This document shows, piece by piece, positions 39,944 to 48,551 of a DNA stretch of 64,000 nt. The stretch comes from Vulcanimicrobiaceae bacterium (GTDB lineage Bacteria > Vulcanimicrobiota > Vulcanimicrobiia > Vulcanimicrobiales > Vulcanimicrobiaceae). The notes beneath the pieces were generated by a model. The model saw only the letters and a program-made list of their open reading frames with translations. It had not been told where the DNA came from and did not search any database. Position numbers and translations under genes: made by a program. The stretch covers positions 32,111 through 96,110 of the forward strand of contig DASXEW010000002.1 in the NCBI GenBank assembly GCA_036489885.1, in the 5' to 3' direction. Position 1 is the stretch's first letter; every line of letters starts with the position of its first letter.

Positions 39944-41022
39944 GCGACCGCGGAGCCCGCCAAGAGCCTCGCTTTTTCGTCCTTTTGCAGTTCGCCGACG
40001 AGACGGTCCATGTCGCCGTCGAGAATTCCGCGGATGTTCCCGAAATTCTGGTTGATGCGATGATCGGTGATGCGATCTTGCGGGAAGTTGTAGGTTCGAA
40101 TCTTCTCGCTGCGATCGCCGGTACCGACTTGCGAACGCCGCAGATTGCCGACCGCATCTTGGGCTTCACGCTGCTTTCGGTCGTACAAAACCGCGCGCAG
40201 CATCTGCATGGCGCGATCCTTGTTTTGCAGCTGCGAGCGCTCCTCGCTGCACGCGACGATCGTTCCGGTCGGGACGTGCGTAATCCGTATGGCAGACTCG
40301 GTCTTGTTGACGTGCTGTCCGCCGGCGCCGCTCGCCTTGAACGTATCGATCTGCAGGTCGCTCGGGCGGATCTCGACCTCGACTTCTTCGACTTCCGGCA
40401 GGACGGCGACCGTCGCGGTGCTGGTGTGAACGCGACCTTGCGCCTCCGTCACGGGGACGCGTTGCACGCGATGCACACCGCTTTCATATTTCAAATAACG
40501 ATATGGCTCGCCGCCTTTGACCGAAACGACGACTTCCTTGTAACCACCGGCTTCGTTCTCACTCGCCGAGACAATCTCGGCACGCATGCCGTGATCTTCG
40601 GCGTAGCGCAAATACATCCGCAGCAAATCCGCAGCGAAAATGCCGGCTTCGTCGCCGCCTGCTCCGGCTCGAATCTCGATGAAGACGTCTTTGTCGTCGT
40701 TCGGATCGGTCGGGATGAGCATCTCTTGCAGACGTTCCTCGAGCTCTTTGCGCCGCTCGCGCAGTACTTGCGCTTCTTCTTCGGCCAGCGCGTGCATCTC
40801 CGGATCGCTCCGATCGGCAAGTAGCGCATCGTTGGCCGCGACGTCGGCGAGGAGACGCGTGTAGGAGCGATACGTTTCGACGGGCTCGACGAGCTTCGCA
40901 CGCTCGCGCGCCAACGTCATATAGCGCTCCTGATCGAACGGGCGGCTGGTATCTGCCAGCGCCGCCTCGATCTCATCGAAGCGTTTGGACATCTGTTCGA
41001 GACGGTCGTAGATAGAGCTCAT
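39940..41022 (-). CDS. prfA: peptide chain release factor 1
   Basis: PVT tripeptide (RVPVTEAQGR), GGQ motif (SGAGGQHVNK), 360 aa. Confidence 0.97.
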   Translation of the reverse strand: MSSIYDRLEQMSKRFDEIEAALADTSRPFDQERYMTLARERAKLVEPVETYRSYTRLLADVAANDALLADRSDPEMHALAEEEAQVLRERRKELEERLQEMLIPTDPNDDKDVFIEIRAGAGGDEAGIFAADLLRMYLRYAEDHGMRAEIVSASENEAGGYKEVVVSVKGGEPYRYLKYESGVHRVQRVPVTEAQGRVHTSTATVAVLPEVEEVEVEIRPSDLQIDTFKASGAGGQHVNKTESAIRITHVPTGTIVACSEERSQLQNKDRAMQMLRAVLYDRKQREAQDAVGNLRRSQVGTGDRSEKIRTYNFPQDRITDHRINQNFGNIRGILDGDMDRLVGELQKDEKARLLAGSAVA

Positions 41023-42329
41023 GCGTTAGGTTGCGGTTGCCACCGCAGGATCAGAGCGTTGGCGAGGAAATCGGCCAGCTCGTCACGTGTAATCACATCG
41101 ATACGTAAAACGGTTCCGAGGACCACCTCGTAAAGAACCTCTGGAATCTTCTCCATCTGCGCGAAGACGCCGCCTCGCAATATCCGGTCGACGCGATCCG
41201 GAGCTCGACCGCTGCCCTCCAAACGCGCCCGAAACTCGCGCGCGCCAACCGCGGGACCATTCGGAAACGCTTGCCCGGCGAGGGCGGACTCGAACGACCG
41301 AAACGACCGCGCGTTGTTACCGTATGCTATGATTCCGCAGGCACGCGACAAGACGCGATCGTCGAGCGCATCGGTGACGATCCATGCGCCATCTTCAAGC
41401 GCCGGGATACGATCGCTGTCCTCAAATACACCCGCAAAACGGTCGGCGAATCGCTCGCGACCCGCTTCTTCCCACACGCCTAGATTTTCGTTTGCCACCA
41501 CCGAAACTGCGCTCGCACCGTCAGGAACGTATGCGAAACACCCGTGCGCGTGCTCGAGCGCATCGGCGAGACTTCCGTTCGTAATCGCAGCGCCGCGCCA
41601 AACGTACGCCGACCATTCTGGTTCTTGGAAGATCGGTGGATATGACTCATCCAAAGGCACCCAAACGCCTTGATGTTCGCTCGCGTGGCAAATCTCGAGG
41701 CGCTTCGCATCAGTGAGATACGGTATGTCGTACTCGCTGTGCGCGTAGGACCGCATCTTCGCGCGCATAACATCAGCGCCGCCGAACGAACTAAAATGCC
41801 ACCCTCCGTCGACGAACTCGAGCTCGCTTTCGGGCCGCTTGCGCACCTGGCTCAAACTACCATATCGCGCTAAGGAACCCATGAGAAGGGCGCGTGTCCC
41901 AACCCACGGTTCGACTGCAACGCGGTTGATGTAACCGTGCGAGCGGCGCTGGCGATGACCGAGCAGAAATCGCTCACGCGGCCGCACCGTCACGTTTCGC
42001 GGATCGGGAACTTCGTCGCAATCGCTCAGCAGCACCAAGTCATCGCTGCTTGCACGCTGAGCGAAGCCGGAAGCAAGATAATCACGTTGCCCCCATTCGT
42101 TCTGCCACGGATCTGCAGAGGGCGGCCCCGGATAGACCAGGTGGACGATCTTTGAGCGCCATTCCGCGAAGCGTTCGCCGGACTCAGCGAACGCGAGTCG
42201 CTTCGGATCACCCCGAAACGTAAAGGGTGCTTCGCACAGCACAAACCAATCGACGACATTCTCGAGCAAGCGCAGCCGAATCTCGAGTAGATCAAGCTCT
42301 TCGGAGAACGTAAAACAGTCGAAAATCAC
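41019..42329 (-). CDS. GT17-like (GnT-III-type) glycosyltransferase domain fused to a ~190-aa uncharacterised C-terminal region
   Basis: The N-terminus MIFDCFTFSEELDLLEIRLRLLENVVDWFVLCEAPFTFRG matches the Glyco_transf_17 hallmark. The stop overlaps the prfA ATG (ATGA). Confidence 0.65.
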   Translation of the reverse strand: MIFDCFTFSEELDLLEIRLRLLENVVDWFVLCEAPFTFRGDPKRLAFAESGERFAEWRSKIVHLVYPGPPSADPWQNEWGQRDYLASGFAQRASSDDLVLLSDCDEVPDPRNVTVRPRERFLLGHRQRRSHGYINRVAVEPWVGTRALLMGSLARYGSLSQVRKRPESELEFVDGGWHFSSFGGADVMRAKMRSYAHSEYDIPYLTDAKRLEICHASEHQGVWVPLDESYPPIFQEPEWSAYVWRGAAITNGSLADALEHAHGCFAYVPDGASAVSVVANENLGVWEEAGRERFADRFAGVFEDSDRIPALEDGAWIVTDALDDRVLSRACGIIAYGNNARSFRSFESALAGQAFPNGPAVGAREFRARLEGSGRAPDRVDRILRGGVFAQMEKIPEVLYEVVLGTVLRIDVITRDELADFLANALILRWQPQPNA

Positions 42330-42373
42330 TGGCCCTAAGAGCCGCCTCGGCCGAAGCCGATGATCAAAGGAGA

Positions 42374-43018
42374 ATGTCCGATTTCGTCAAGATGAGCGTG
42401 CGAGTTGCAACGGTGGTCGAAATGGGATTGCCGTCGTGGATGACTCCCTACGCACAGCATATTTTCGGCGTGCCGACGCACATGACAGTGCGAGAACGTC
42501 TGATGCTCACGCAGACGGCGCTCGGACTTCCCGAAGGCTTCGTCGTTGTCGAAATCGGCAGCTATCTTGGCGCGAGCACGACGTTTCTCGCCGCCGCCGC
42601 AGTGCAGGGGAGCGGAACCGTGCACGCGGTCGATACGTGGATGAACGAAGCGATGGGCGCCGAGGGCATGTACGATACCTGGGCCGAGTTTTGCGCGAAC
42701 ACGGCGCCGTTCACCGACTACATCGTGCCGCATCGCGGCACATCGGAAAACATCCGCGCTGAGACCGGCGGGATCGCATGCGACATGCTGTTCATCGACG
42801 GCGACCATCAGTACGAGGGCGTTCTCAAGGATCTGCGACTGTGGCTTCCGTCGCTGCGTCCAGGTGGAATTCTCGCGATGCACGATTTCGATCGCGCCGA
42901 AGTTCAGCGCGCATTTTCCGAGATTGTCGGACCGAACGTCAGCGACGCCCCACAAACGCTCGACTTGCTGATGATCTGCCGTCCTCAAAGCGGATCCGCA
43001 ATCGCAACGAAGGCCTGA
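42374..43018 (+). CDS. class I SAM-dependent methyltransferase (Methyltransf_24/CmcI-like)
   Basis: VVEIGSYLGASTTFLA motif I, LFIDGDHQYEGV, GGILAMHD. Confidence 0.75.
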   Translation: MSDFVKMSVRVATVVEMGLPSWMTPYAQHIFGVPTHMTVRERLMLTQTALGLPEGFVVVEIGSYLGASTTFLAAAAVQGSGTVHAVDTWMNEAMGAEGMYDTWAEFCANTAPFTDYIVPHRGTSENIRAETGGIACDMLFIDGDHQYEGVLKDLRLWLPSLRPGGILAMHDFDRAEVQRAFSEIVGPNVSDAPQTLDLLMICRPQSGSAIATKA

Positions 43019-43542
43019 ACGCGACCGCGGGCCAGCATCTCACCGTCGTCAACGGTAAACGTTAATGGAGGAACGCTGACGCGCACCGGCAGCGGTCCTT
43101 GGCCGATCCCCTCGTCGTAAATTCGCCGGATCTCCAAGGGCTGCCAACCGCCGTCGCGGAGCAACGGTTCGAGCTCTACTTCAACGAGCGGATGCGCCTT
43201 TGCCAGAGACGTTCCGCGATAGAGTGCGGCAAGCGCGCCGAAATGCGCCGAGTTCGCAACCAGCGCGAAGAGGCGCGCACCCGGAACACTTCGCGTAACT
43301 GCGCGCAGCAATGCGACCGGATCCGCGACCTCATCGAGACCCTCGAGAATGACGTTATCGATGCCCGCGAGGCCGACCCCGTCGAGGTCAGTCGACTCAG
43401 TTACTTCGAGAAGCCGGGTCGCCGGATCGGCGCGCTGTGAAGCAAGCTCGCCTAACCCGGAGGCCCGAGGTGCGACGATCGCGAGTGGGATCGCGGCCGG
43501 AAAGCTCTGCAGTACCGCCCAGCGCAGTTCGCGGGTGACTAT
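42985..43542 (-). CDS. hypothetical protein, degenerate methyltransferase-like fold (start uncertain)
   Basis: DNVILEGLDEVADPVALLRAVTRSVPGARLF resembles post-motif-II of class I methyltransferases. The only canonical start (ATG at 43692) lies 150 nt inside rpmE. An ATA at 43542 overlaps the rpmE stop (ATAG). Confidence 0.4.
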   Translation of the reverse strand: MVTRELRWAVLQSFPAAIPLAIVAPRASGLGELASQRADPATRLLEVTESTDLDGVGLAGIDNVILEGLDEVADPVALLRAVTRSVPGARLFALVANSAHFGALAALYRGTSLAKAHPLVEVELEPLLRDGGWQPLEIRRIYDEGIGQGPLPVRVSVPPLTFTVDDGEMLARGRVQAFVAIADPL

Positions 43543-43808
43543 ATGTCGGCTGTTTTTGCGGCCTCGCGTGCGCGGACGCGCGCAGCCGCTTCTTCCTTCT
43601 TCTTGCCGGCGGCGGCCAGGCGTTGGTTGTACTTGTCGACGCGGCCGGCCGTGTCTACCAACTTTTGCGTTCCGGTAAAGAACGGGTGACACGCCGCGCA
43701 GATCTCAACGTGAATCTCCGGGAGCGTCGAACCGGTCGTAAAGGTACTCCCGCAGTTGCAAACGACTTTGGCCGCGGGGTGCCATTTTGGATGAATCTTC
43801 TCTTTCAC
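43539..43808 (-). CDS. rpmE: 50S ribosomal protein L31 (zinc-ribbon type) with a Lys/Ala/Glu-rich C-terminal extension
   Basis: GTG start. MKEKIHPKWHP..., CNCG...CAACHPFFTG. 89 aa. Confidence 0.9.
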   Translation of the reverse strand: MKEKIHPKWHPAAKVVCNCGSTFTTGSTLPEIHVEICAACHPFFTGTQKLVDTAGRVDKYNQRLAAAGKKKEEAAARVRAREAAKTADI

Positions 43809-43871
43809 AGCCCCAACATTCTAGCACCCGTGGCAAGGCTCGGCCGCCGCGCCGTTAAACAGTAGCGGGTC

Positions 43872-44465
43872 ATGAAACTCCCCCTGCTCGCTCTTGCCGG
43901 CGTTCTTCTGATCTCGCTTCTCTCGCTCGCCGACGCAGGCGCGCAGCAACAGCAGCAGAGCGTTCCGCCTACTCCCGCGCCCGCCATCGAGACCCCGACC
44001 GAGGCGCCCTCGATCAATCCGACCGTTAGTCCCGCGCCTCGTGGACGGCGCGCCAGAGCAACGCCGCGTCCGTCACCATCGCCCGCGGCATCGCCGTCTG
44101 AAACGCCGGCGCCACCTCAGTTCACCAGCCTCGATGGGACCTGGGAAATCGAGCTGCAGACCCGCGCGTCGACCTACTACTCGCACCTCACGCTCCGCCA
44201 AAGCGGTTCGCAAGGTGCGGATGTCTCGGGAATTTGGGATCAGGGGGGCAACCCGGACAAAAAGCTGCCGCTCACCGGGACATTCGATGGGCGCCTCTTC
44301 AAATTTACGGCGTCGTTCAAGGCGAGCCAGTACACGTTCACCGGCTACGTCGAAAACTACAGCGACATCGTCGGAATGGTGAGCGACGGGAAGAACGACT
44401 TGCCGTTCACGGCGCAACATCGCAAGAAAGAGAAGTTCTTCAACAACATCACGCCCGGTCTCTAG
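43872..44465 (+). CDS. secreted hypothetical protein
   Basis: Signal peptide MKLPLLALAGVLLISLLSLADA, a Gln/Pro-rich linker, then a ~110-aa globular part. It ends 4 nt before metY. Confidence 0.55.
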   Translation: MKLPLLALAGVLLISLLSLADAGAQQQQQSVPPTPAPAIETPTEAPSINPTVSPAPRGRRARATPRPSPSPAASPSETPAPPQFTSLDGTWEIELQTRASTYYSHLTLRQSGSQGADVSGIWDQGGNPDKKLPLTGTFDGRLFKFTASFKASQYTFTGYVENYSDIVGMVSDGKNDLPFTAQHRKKEKFFNNITPGL

Positions 44466-44469
44466 GACG

Positions 44470-45774
44470 ATGCAAGACCACAACTTCGGCTTTCGAACAC
44501 GCGCACTGCACGCCGGAACACCACCCGATCCGGCAACCGGCGCTCGCGCTCTTCCTCTGTATATGAGCACGAGCTTCGTCTTCGATTCGACCGAGCACGC
44601 AGCCGAGCTGTTTGCGCTGCGTACGTACGGCAATATTTACTCGCGCATCGGCAATCCGACGGTTGCCGCATTCGAAGAGCGCATGGCGAGCCTCGAGGGG
44701 GGTCTCGGCGCGGTTGCGACCGCGAGTGGCCTCTCGGCACAACTATGCACCGTACTGGCGCTCGCACAAGCCGGCGATCACATCGTGGCTTCCGCGAATC
44801 TCTATGGCGGCACAGTCACTCAATTCACGGTAACCCTTAAGCGAATGGGCATCGAGGCGACGCTCGTTCCCGGTGGGGAGCCGGGACCGCTTGCAGCCGC
44901 GATTCGCCCGAATACGCGCCTGCTGTTCACGGAGACGATCGGCAATCCGGCCGGCAACATCGCGGATCTCGCCACGCTTTCGAGCGTCGCGCACGAGCAC
45001 GGCGTTCCGCTCGTGGTCGACAACACGTTTGCGTCTCCGTATCTCTGCCGTCCGATGGAGTGGGGCGCAGACATCGTCATCCATTCCGCAACGAAATTCA
45101 TTGGCGGACACGGTACGGCGCTTGGCGGCATCATCGTCGAGAGCGGAAAATTCAATTGGGCCGCCGGACGTCATCCGCTTCTTTCGGAGCCAAGTCCCGG
45201 TTATCACGACATGAATTTCGCCGAGACCTTTGGCGAATACGCGTTTCTGATGCGCCTGCGCGCCGAAGTGCTCCGTGACGTGGGCGCCGCAATGTCGCCG
45301 ATGAATGCGTGGCTGATGGTGCAAGGCCTCGAGACGCTTGCGTTTCGCATGCAAGGTCACTGCGCGAACGCTCTCGCGCTCGCGAAGTGGCTCAAAGGCC
45401 GCGACGAAGTCGCGTGGGTATCGTACGCGGGCATCGATGATTCCCAAGCCGACCGTGTTCGCAAATATCTCCCGCAGGGCGCCGGTTCGATCTTCACGTT
45501 CGGGCTGCGCGGCGAACGCGAAGCCGGCCGCGCGTTCATCGAAGCGCTCGAGCTTTGGAGCCATCTGGCTAATGTCGGCGACGCGAAGAGCCTCGTGATC
45601 CATCCGGCGACGACGACGCATCAGCAGCTGACCGACAAAGAGCTGCTTGCGTCCGGCGTTACTCCCGAGATGATCCGGCTTTCCGTCGGTCTCGAAGATC
45701 TCGAGGATCTCATTTGGGATATCGAAAACGGGTTGCGCGCAGCGCGTAGCGCCGGAACGGCAGCGGTCAAATGA
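44470..45774 (+). CDS. metY: O-acetylhomoserine sulfhydrylase (PLP-dependent, Cys/Met metabolism family)
   Basis: GFRTRALHAG, YSRIGNPT and SATKFIGGHG (PLP Lys) motifs, 434 aa. Confidence 0.9.
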   Translation: MQDHNFGFRTRALHAGTPPDPATGARALPLYMSTSFVFDSTEHAAELFALRTYGNIYSRIGNPTVAAFEERMASLEGGLGAVATASGLSAQLCTVLALAQAGDHIVASANLYGGTVTQFTVTLKRMGIEATLVPGGEPGPLAAAIRPNTRLLFTETIGNPAGNIADLATLSSVAHEHGVPLVVDNTFASPYLCRPMEWGADIVIHSATKFIGGHGTALGGIIVESGKFNWAAGRHPLLSEPSPGYHDMNFAETFGEYAFLMRLRAEVLRDVGAAMSPMNAWLMVQGLETLAFRMQGHCANALALAKWLKGRDEVAWVSYAGIDDSQADRVRKYLPQGAGSIFTFGLRGEREAGRAFIEALELWSHLANVGDAKSLVIHPATTTHQQLTDKELLASGVTPEMIRLSVGLEDLEDLIWDIENGLRAARSAGTAAVK

Positions 45775-46277
45775 TTCTGACGACGATTGCGCAGCGGCGC
45801 GCGCTCTTGGACCGTTCGACCAGCGTTGCGATGATCGGTGCCTCGCCGAACGCGACGCGGCCGAGCTATTTCGTTTTTTCCTACTTACGGACGCGGGGAC
45901 GGTACGACGTCGCGCCGATCAATCCAACGACTGATGCCATCGACGGCGTGAAGTCCTACCCTTCGCTCACTGCGTACGCGGCCGAGCGCGGTGTACCTGA
46001 CATCGTCGACGTCTTTCGCAGGCCGGATCAATTGATGCCGATCGTCGAGGAAGCCATTGCAATAGGCGCACGGGCAATCTGGTTTCAGTACGGCGTGATC
46101 AACGAAGATTCGATCAAACGCGCCGATGAGGCGGGTCTCGACGTCGTCGTCGATCGCTGCATCAAGGTCGAGTCGGCACGATTCGACGGCGGCCTGGCCA
46201 TCGGCGGCTTGAACACGCACTTGATCACCTCGCGACGGCGGCAGGTCACCTCATCGCCGGGCGGAGGATTGCGCTGA
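45771..46277 (+). CDS. CoA-binding domain protein (YccU/YneT-like)
   Basis: ATGA overlap with metY. SVAMIGASPNATRPSYFV Rossmann-like CoA_binding_2 pattern. Confidence 0.7.
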   Translation: MILTTIAQRRALLDRSTSVAMIGASPNATRPSYFVFSYLRTRGRYDVAPINPTTDAIDGVKSYPSLTAYAAERGVPDIVDVFRRPDQLMPIVEEAIAIGARAIWFQYGVINEDSIKRADEAGLDVVVDRCIKVESARFDGGLAIGGLNTHLITSRRRQVTSSPGGGLR

Positions 46278-46324
46278 GCCAACCCCGCGAAGCGGCTGAG
46301 CTCGATGCTCGCATCCGCCACGCG

Positions 46325-47371
46325 ATGAGCGAAATTGCGCTGACCGAGCACGAGTTCAACCATCTCGCGCGCGACGTCTTCGCGCACCAGCTTCGCTACA
46401 ATGCACCCTACGCGGCGTTCGCCAACAGCCTCGGATTCGACGGGCAACATCTGCCGCTCGAATGGCACCAGATTCCGGCCGTGCCGACTACAGCGTTCAA
46501 AGACGCGACCCTCGCAACATTCGACGTCGCGGAGTCGCGGATCGTTTTCGAAACGAGCGGCACGACGGCGGTCGAGACCGGCCGTCACCATTTCGAGGAA
46601 AGCTCACTCGCGCTCTACGATGCGTCGCTACTTGCCGGATTCGATCACTTCATGCTCGATCGCGAGCGTGACACGCCCTTACGCTACCTGCTGCTGGTTC
46701 CGGATCGCAAGACGTCTTCGCTCGGATATATGATGCGGCACGTCGCAGAACAACGCGGCGACGCCAAGGGCGGAACGTTCGTCGACGCGAGCGGCGGAGA
46801 TTTAGACGTGGCTTCCTTCGTCGCCGCACTCGGGCAAGCGTTCGAAGATCACGTCGCCGTCTGCATCGCGGGAACGGCTTTCGCATTTGCCGCGCTGCTC
46901 GAGGGTCTCGACGGAAAGATACTTCCGACGCGCACGGGTTCGCGCATCATGGAAACCGGCGGGTTCAAGGGACGAACGCGCTCCCTGGAACGCGTCGACC
47001 TCTATGCGCAACTCGCACGCTGCTTCGGAATCGCGTCGGAACGCATCGTCGCCGAATACGGGATGACCGAGCTGACGAGCCAGTACTACGACGCACCGTG
47101 GTCGCGCAGCCAAGGCGAACGTGTCAAGATCGGACCGCAGTGGCTGCGCCCGTCAATCGTCGATGCGAACGGGAGTCCGGTCGCCGACGGCGAGATCGGA
47201 GTGTTACGCCATGTCGATCTCGCCAATCGCGGATCGGCCGTCGCGATTCAAACCGAAGACCTCGCGTTGCGCATCGGTGAGGGCGCGTTTGTCTTACTCG
47301 GTCGCGATCCGGAAGCGCATATGCGCGGTTGTTCGTTAGATGTCGAAGACCTACTCGCTCGACGCGGCTAG
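46325..47371 (+). CDS. LuxE-like acyl-protein synthetase (adenylate-forming)
   Basis: FETSGTT, METGGFKGRT and EYGMTELTSQYY motifs, as in the LuxE family. Conserved-position Cys near the C-terminus (RGCSLD). Confidence 0.7.
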   Translation: MSEIALTEHEFNHLARDVFAHQLRYNAPYAAFANSLGFDGQHLPLEWHQIPAVPTTAFKDATLATFDVAESRIVFETSGTTAVETGRHHFEESSLALYDASLLAGFDHFMLDRERDTPLRYLLLVPDRKTSSLGYMMRHVAEQRGDAKGGTFVDASGGDLDVASFVAALGQAFEDHVAVCIAGTAFAFAALLEGLDGKILPTRTGSRIMETGGFKGRTRSLERVDLYAQLARCFGIASERIVAEYGMTELTSQYYDAPWSRSQGERVKIGPQWLRPSIVDANGSPVADGEIGVLRHVDLANRGSAVAIQTEDLALRIGEGAFVLLGRDPEAHMRGCSLDVEDLLARRG

Positions 47372-48551
47372 CATCATCGGCGCCGCCGCGGATGCAGCGC
47401 AGCGCTGGAGCGATGCTGATTTTCCGCCGCGCGTCCGAGCGACCGAATCGATCGCCAAGCGCACCGGCTACACGATCCCAGTCGTCGACTACGCGCTCGA
47501 TCGCCTCTTCGGGCCGCTGAGAGCACCGGCGCTCGAACGCGCCATTGCACAGGAGCTCGGTTCGGTGGCTGCACTCGACCGGTTCGTCGAACGTGACGGC
47601 ATTCAGTCGCGGGCGTATCCCATCGGCAACGCCGTCATCATCTCGAGCGAAACGACGATCGGCGTCGCGATCGTTCCAGCGATCTTTGGGCTTTGTGCGA
47701 AGTGCACGGTGCTTGTGAAAGACCGCGAGGACGCCCTGATCGATGCGTTCTTCCAAACGCTCGCGCAAGAGCATCCGGAGCTCGCAAAGCGCGCCACCGC
47801 GCGAGCCTGGAAAGGCGGCGATCCTCTCGAAGATCGCGAGCTGCGCGTCGCCGACACCGTGGTCGCATTCGGGCGCGATGAATCGCTGGCGGAGATCCGG
47901 CGTGCATTGCGTCCGGGCGCGCGATTCGTCGGCTATGGCCACCGCGCCAGCATCGGCTACGTAAGCCGTGAGGCGCTGGCGAACGAGACGCTCGCGCGCG
48001 CAGCCGCCCAAGGTGCGGCTCGCGATCTCATCCTGTACGACGGCGAAGGCTGCATGTCGCTGCACGTGCTTTTCGTGGAGCGTGATGCCGCGATTATGCC
48101 GCATGCATTCGCCCAGATGCTGATTGACGCGGCGGCGGTCGCATCCGTTGAATTTCCGGCCCGGAAGCTCGATCCGCGGGTCGTGACGTACTGCACCGGC
48201 GCGAGTTTTCGCCAGGCGCTCGGGCGCGGCAGCGTGCTGCGTACCCCGTCCGCGGATACGACGCTAGTCTTAGATCCGCCGCATCACGAGCCGCCGCCGC
48301 TTCTGCCTCGCATCCTTCCGCTCTACTCGATCGACGGGCCTGATGAATGCGAAGAGTACGTGCGCAGCCACGGATTGCCGCTGGAAGCGTTTGCGCTCGC
48401 CGCGCCGAGCGAGACGCTCGCGGACCTCGGAGCACGGCTCGGTGCCGCACGCATCGCGCGTCTTGGTGAGATGCAATCGCCGGGACCGGAACTGCACCAC
48501 GGAGGCCGAGCGCGTATCGGCGATTTCATCCGATGGGTGGATGTCGCGTGA
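47340..48551 (+). CDS. LuxC-like acyl-CoA/acyl-protein reductase
   Basis: Aldehyde-dehydrogenase-like fold with VAFGRDESL and YDGEGCMS (catalytic-type Cys). It overlaps the LuxE-like gene by 32 nt. Confidence 0.65.
   Translation: MSKTYSLDAASIIGAAADAAQRWSDADFPPRVRATESIAKRTGYTIPVVDYALDRLFGPLRAPALERAIAQELGSVAALDRFVERDGIQSRAYPIGNAVIISSETTIGVAIVPAIFGLCAKCTVLVKDREDALIDAFFQTLAQEHPELAKRATARAWKGGDPLEDRELRVADTVVAFGRDESLAEIRRALRPGARFVGYGHRASIGYVSREALANETLARAAAQGAARDLILYDGEGCMSLHVLFVERDAAIMPHAFAQMLIDAAAVASVEFPARKLDPRVVTYCTGASFRQALGRGSVLRTPSADTTLVLDPPHHEPPPLLPRILPLYSIDGPDECEEYVRSHGLPLEAFALAAPSETLADLGARLGAARIARLGEMQSPGPELHHGGRARIGDFIRWVDVA

Noticed and set aside
43809-44469. A SAM or T-box type leader upstream of metY or of the MetE-like gene (38008..38051).
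   Set aside because: The spacers are only 4, 63 and 44 nt. That is too short for such elements, and metY directly follows a secreted-protein gene.
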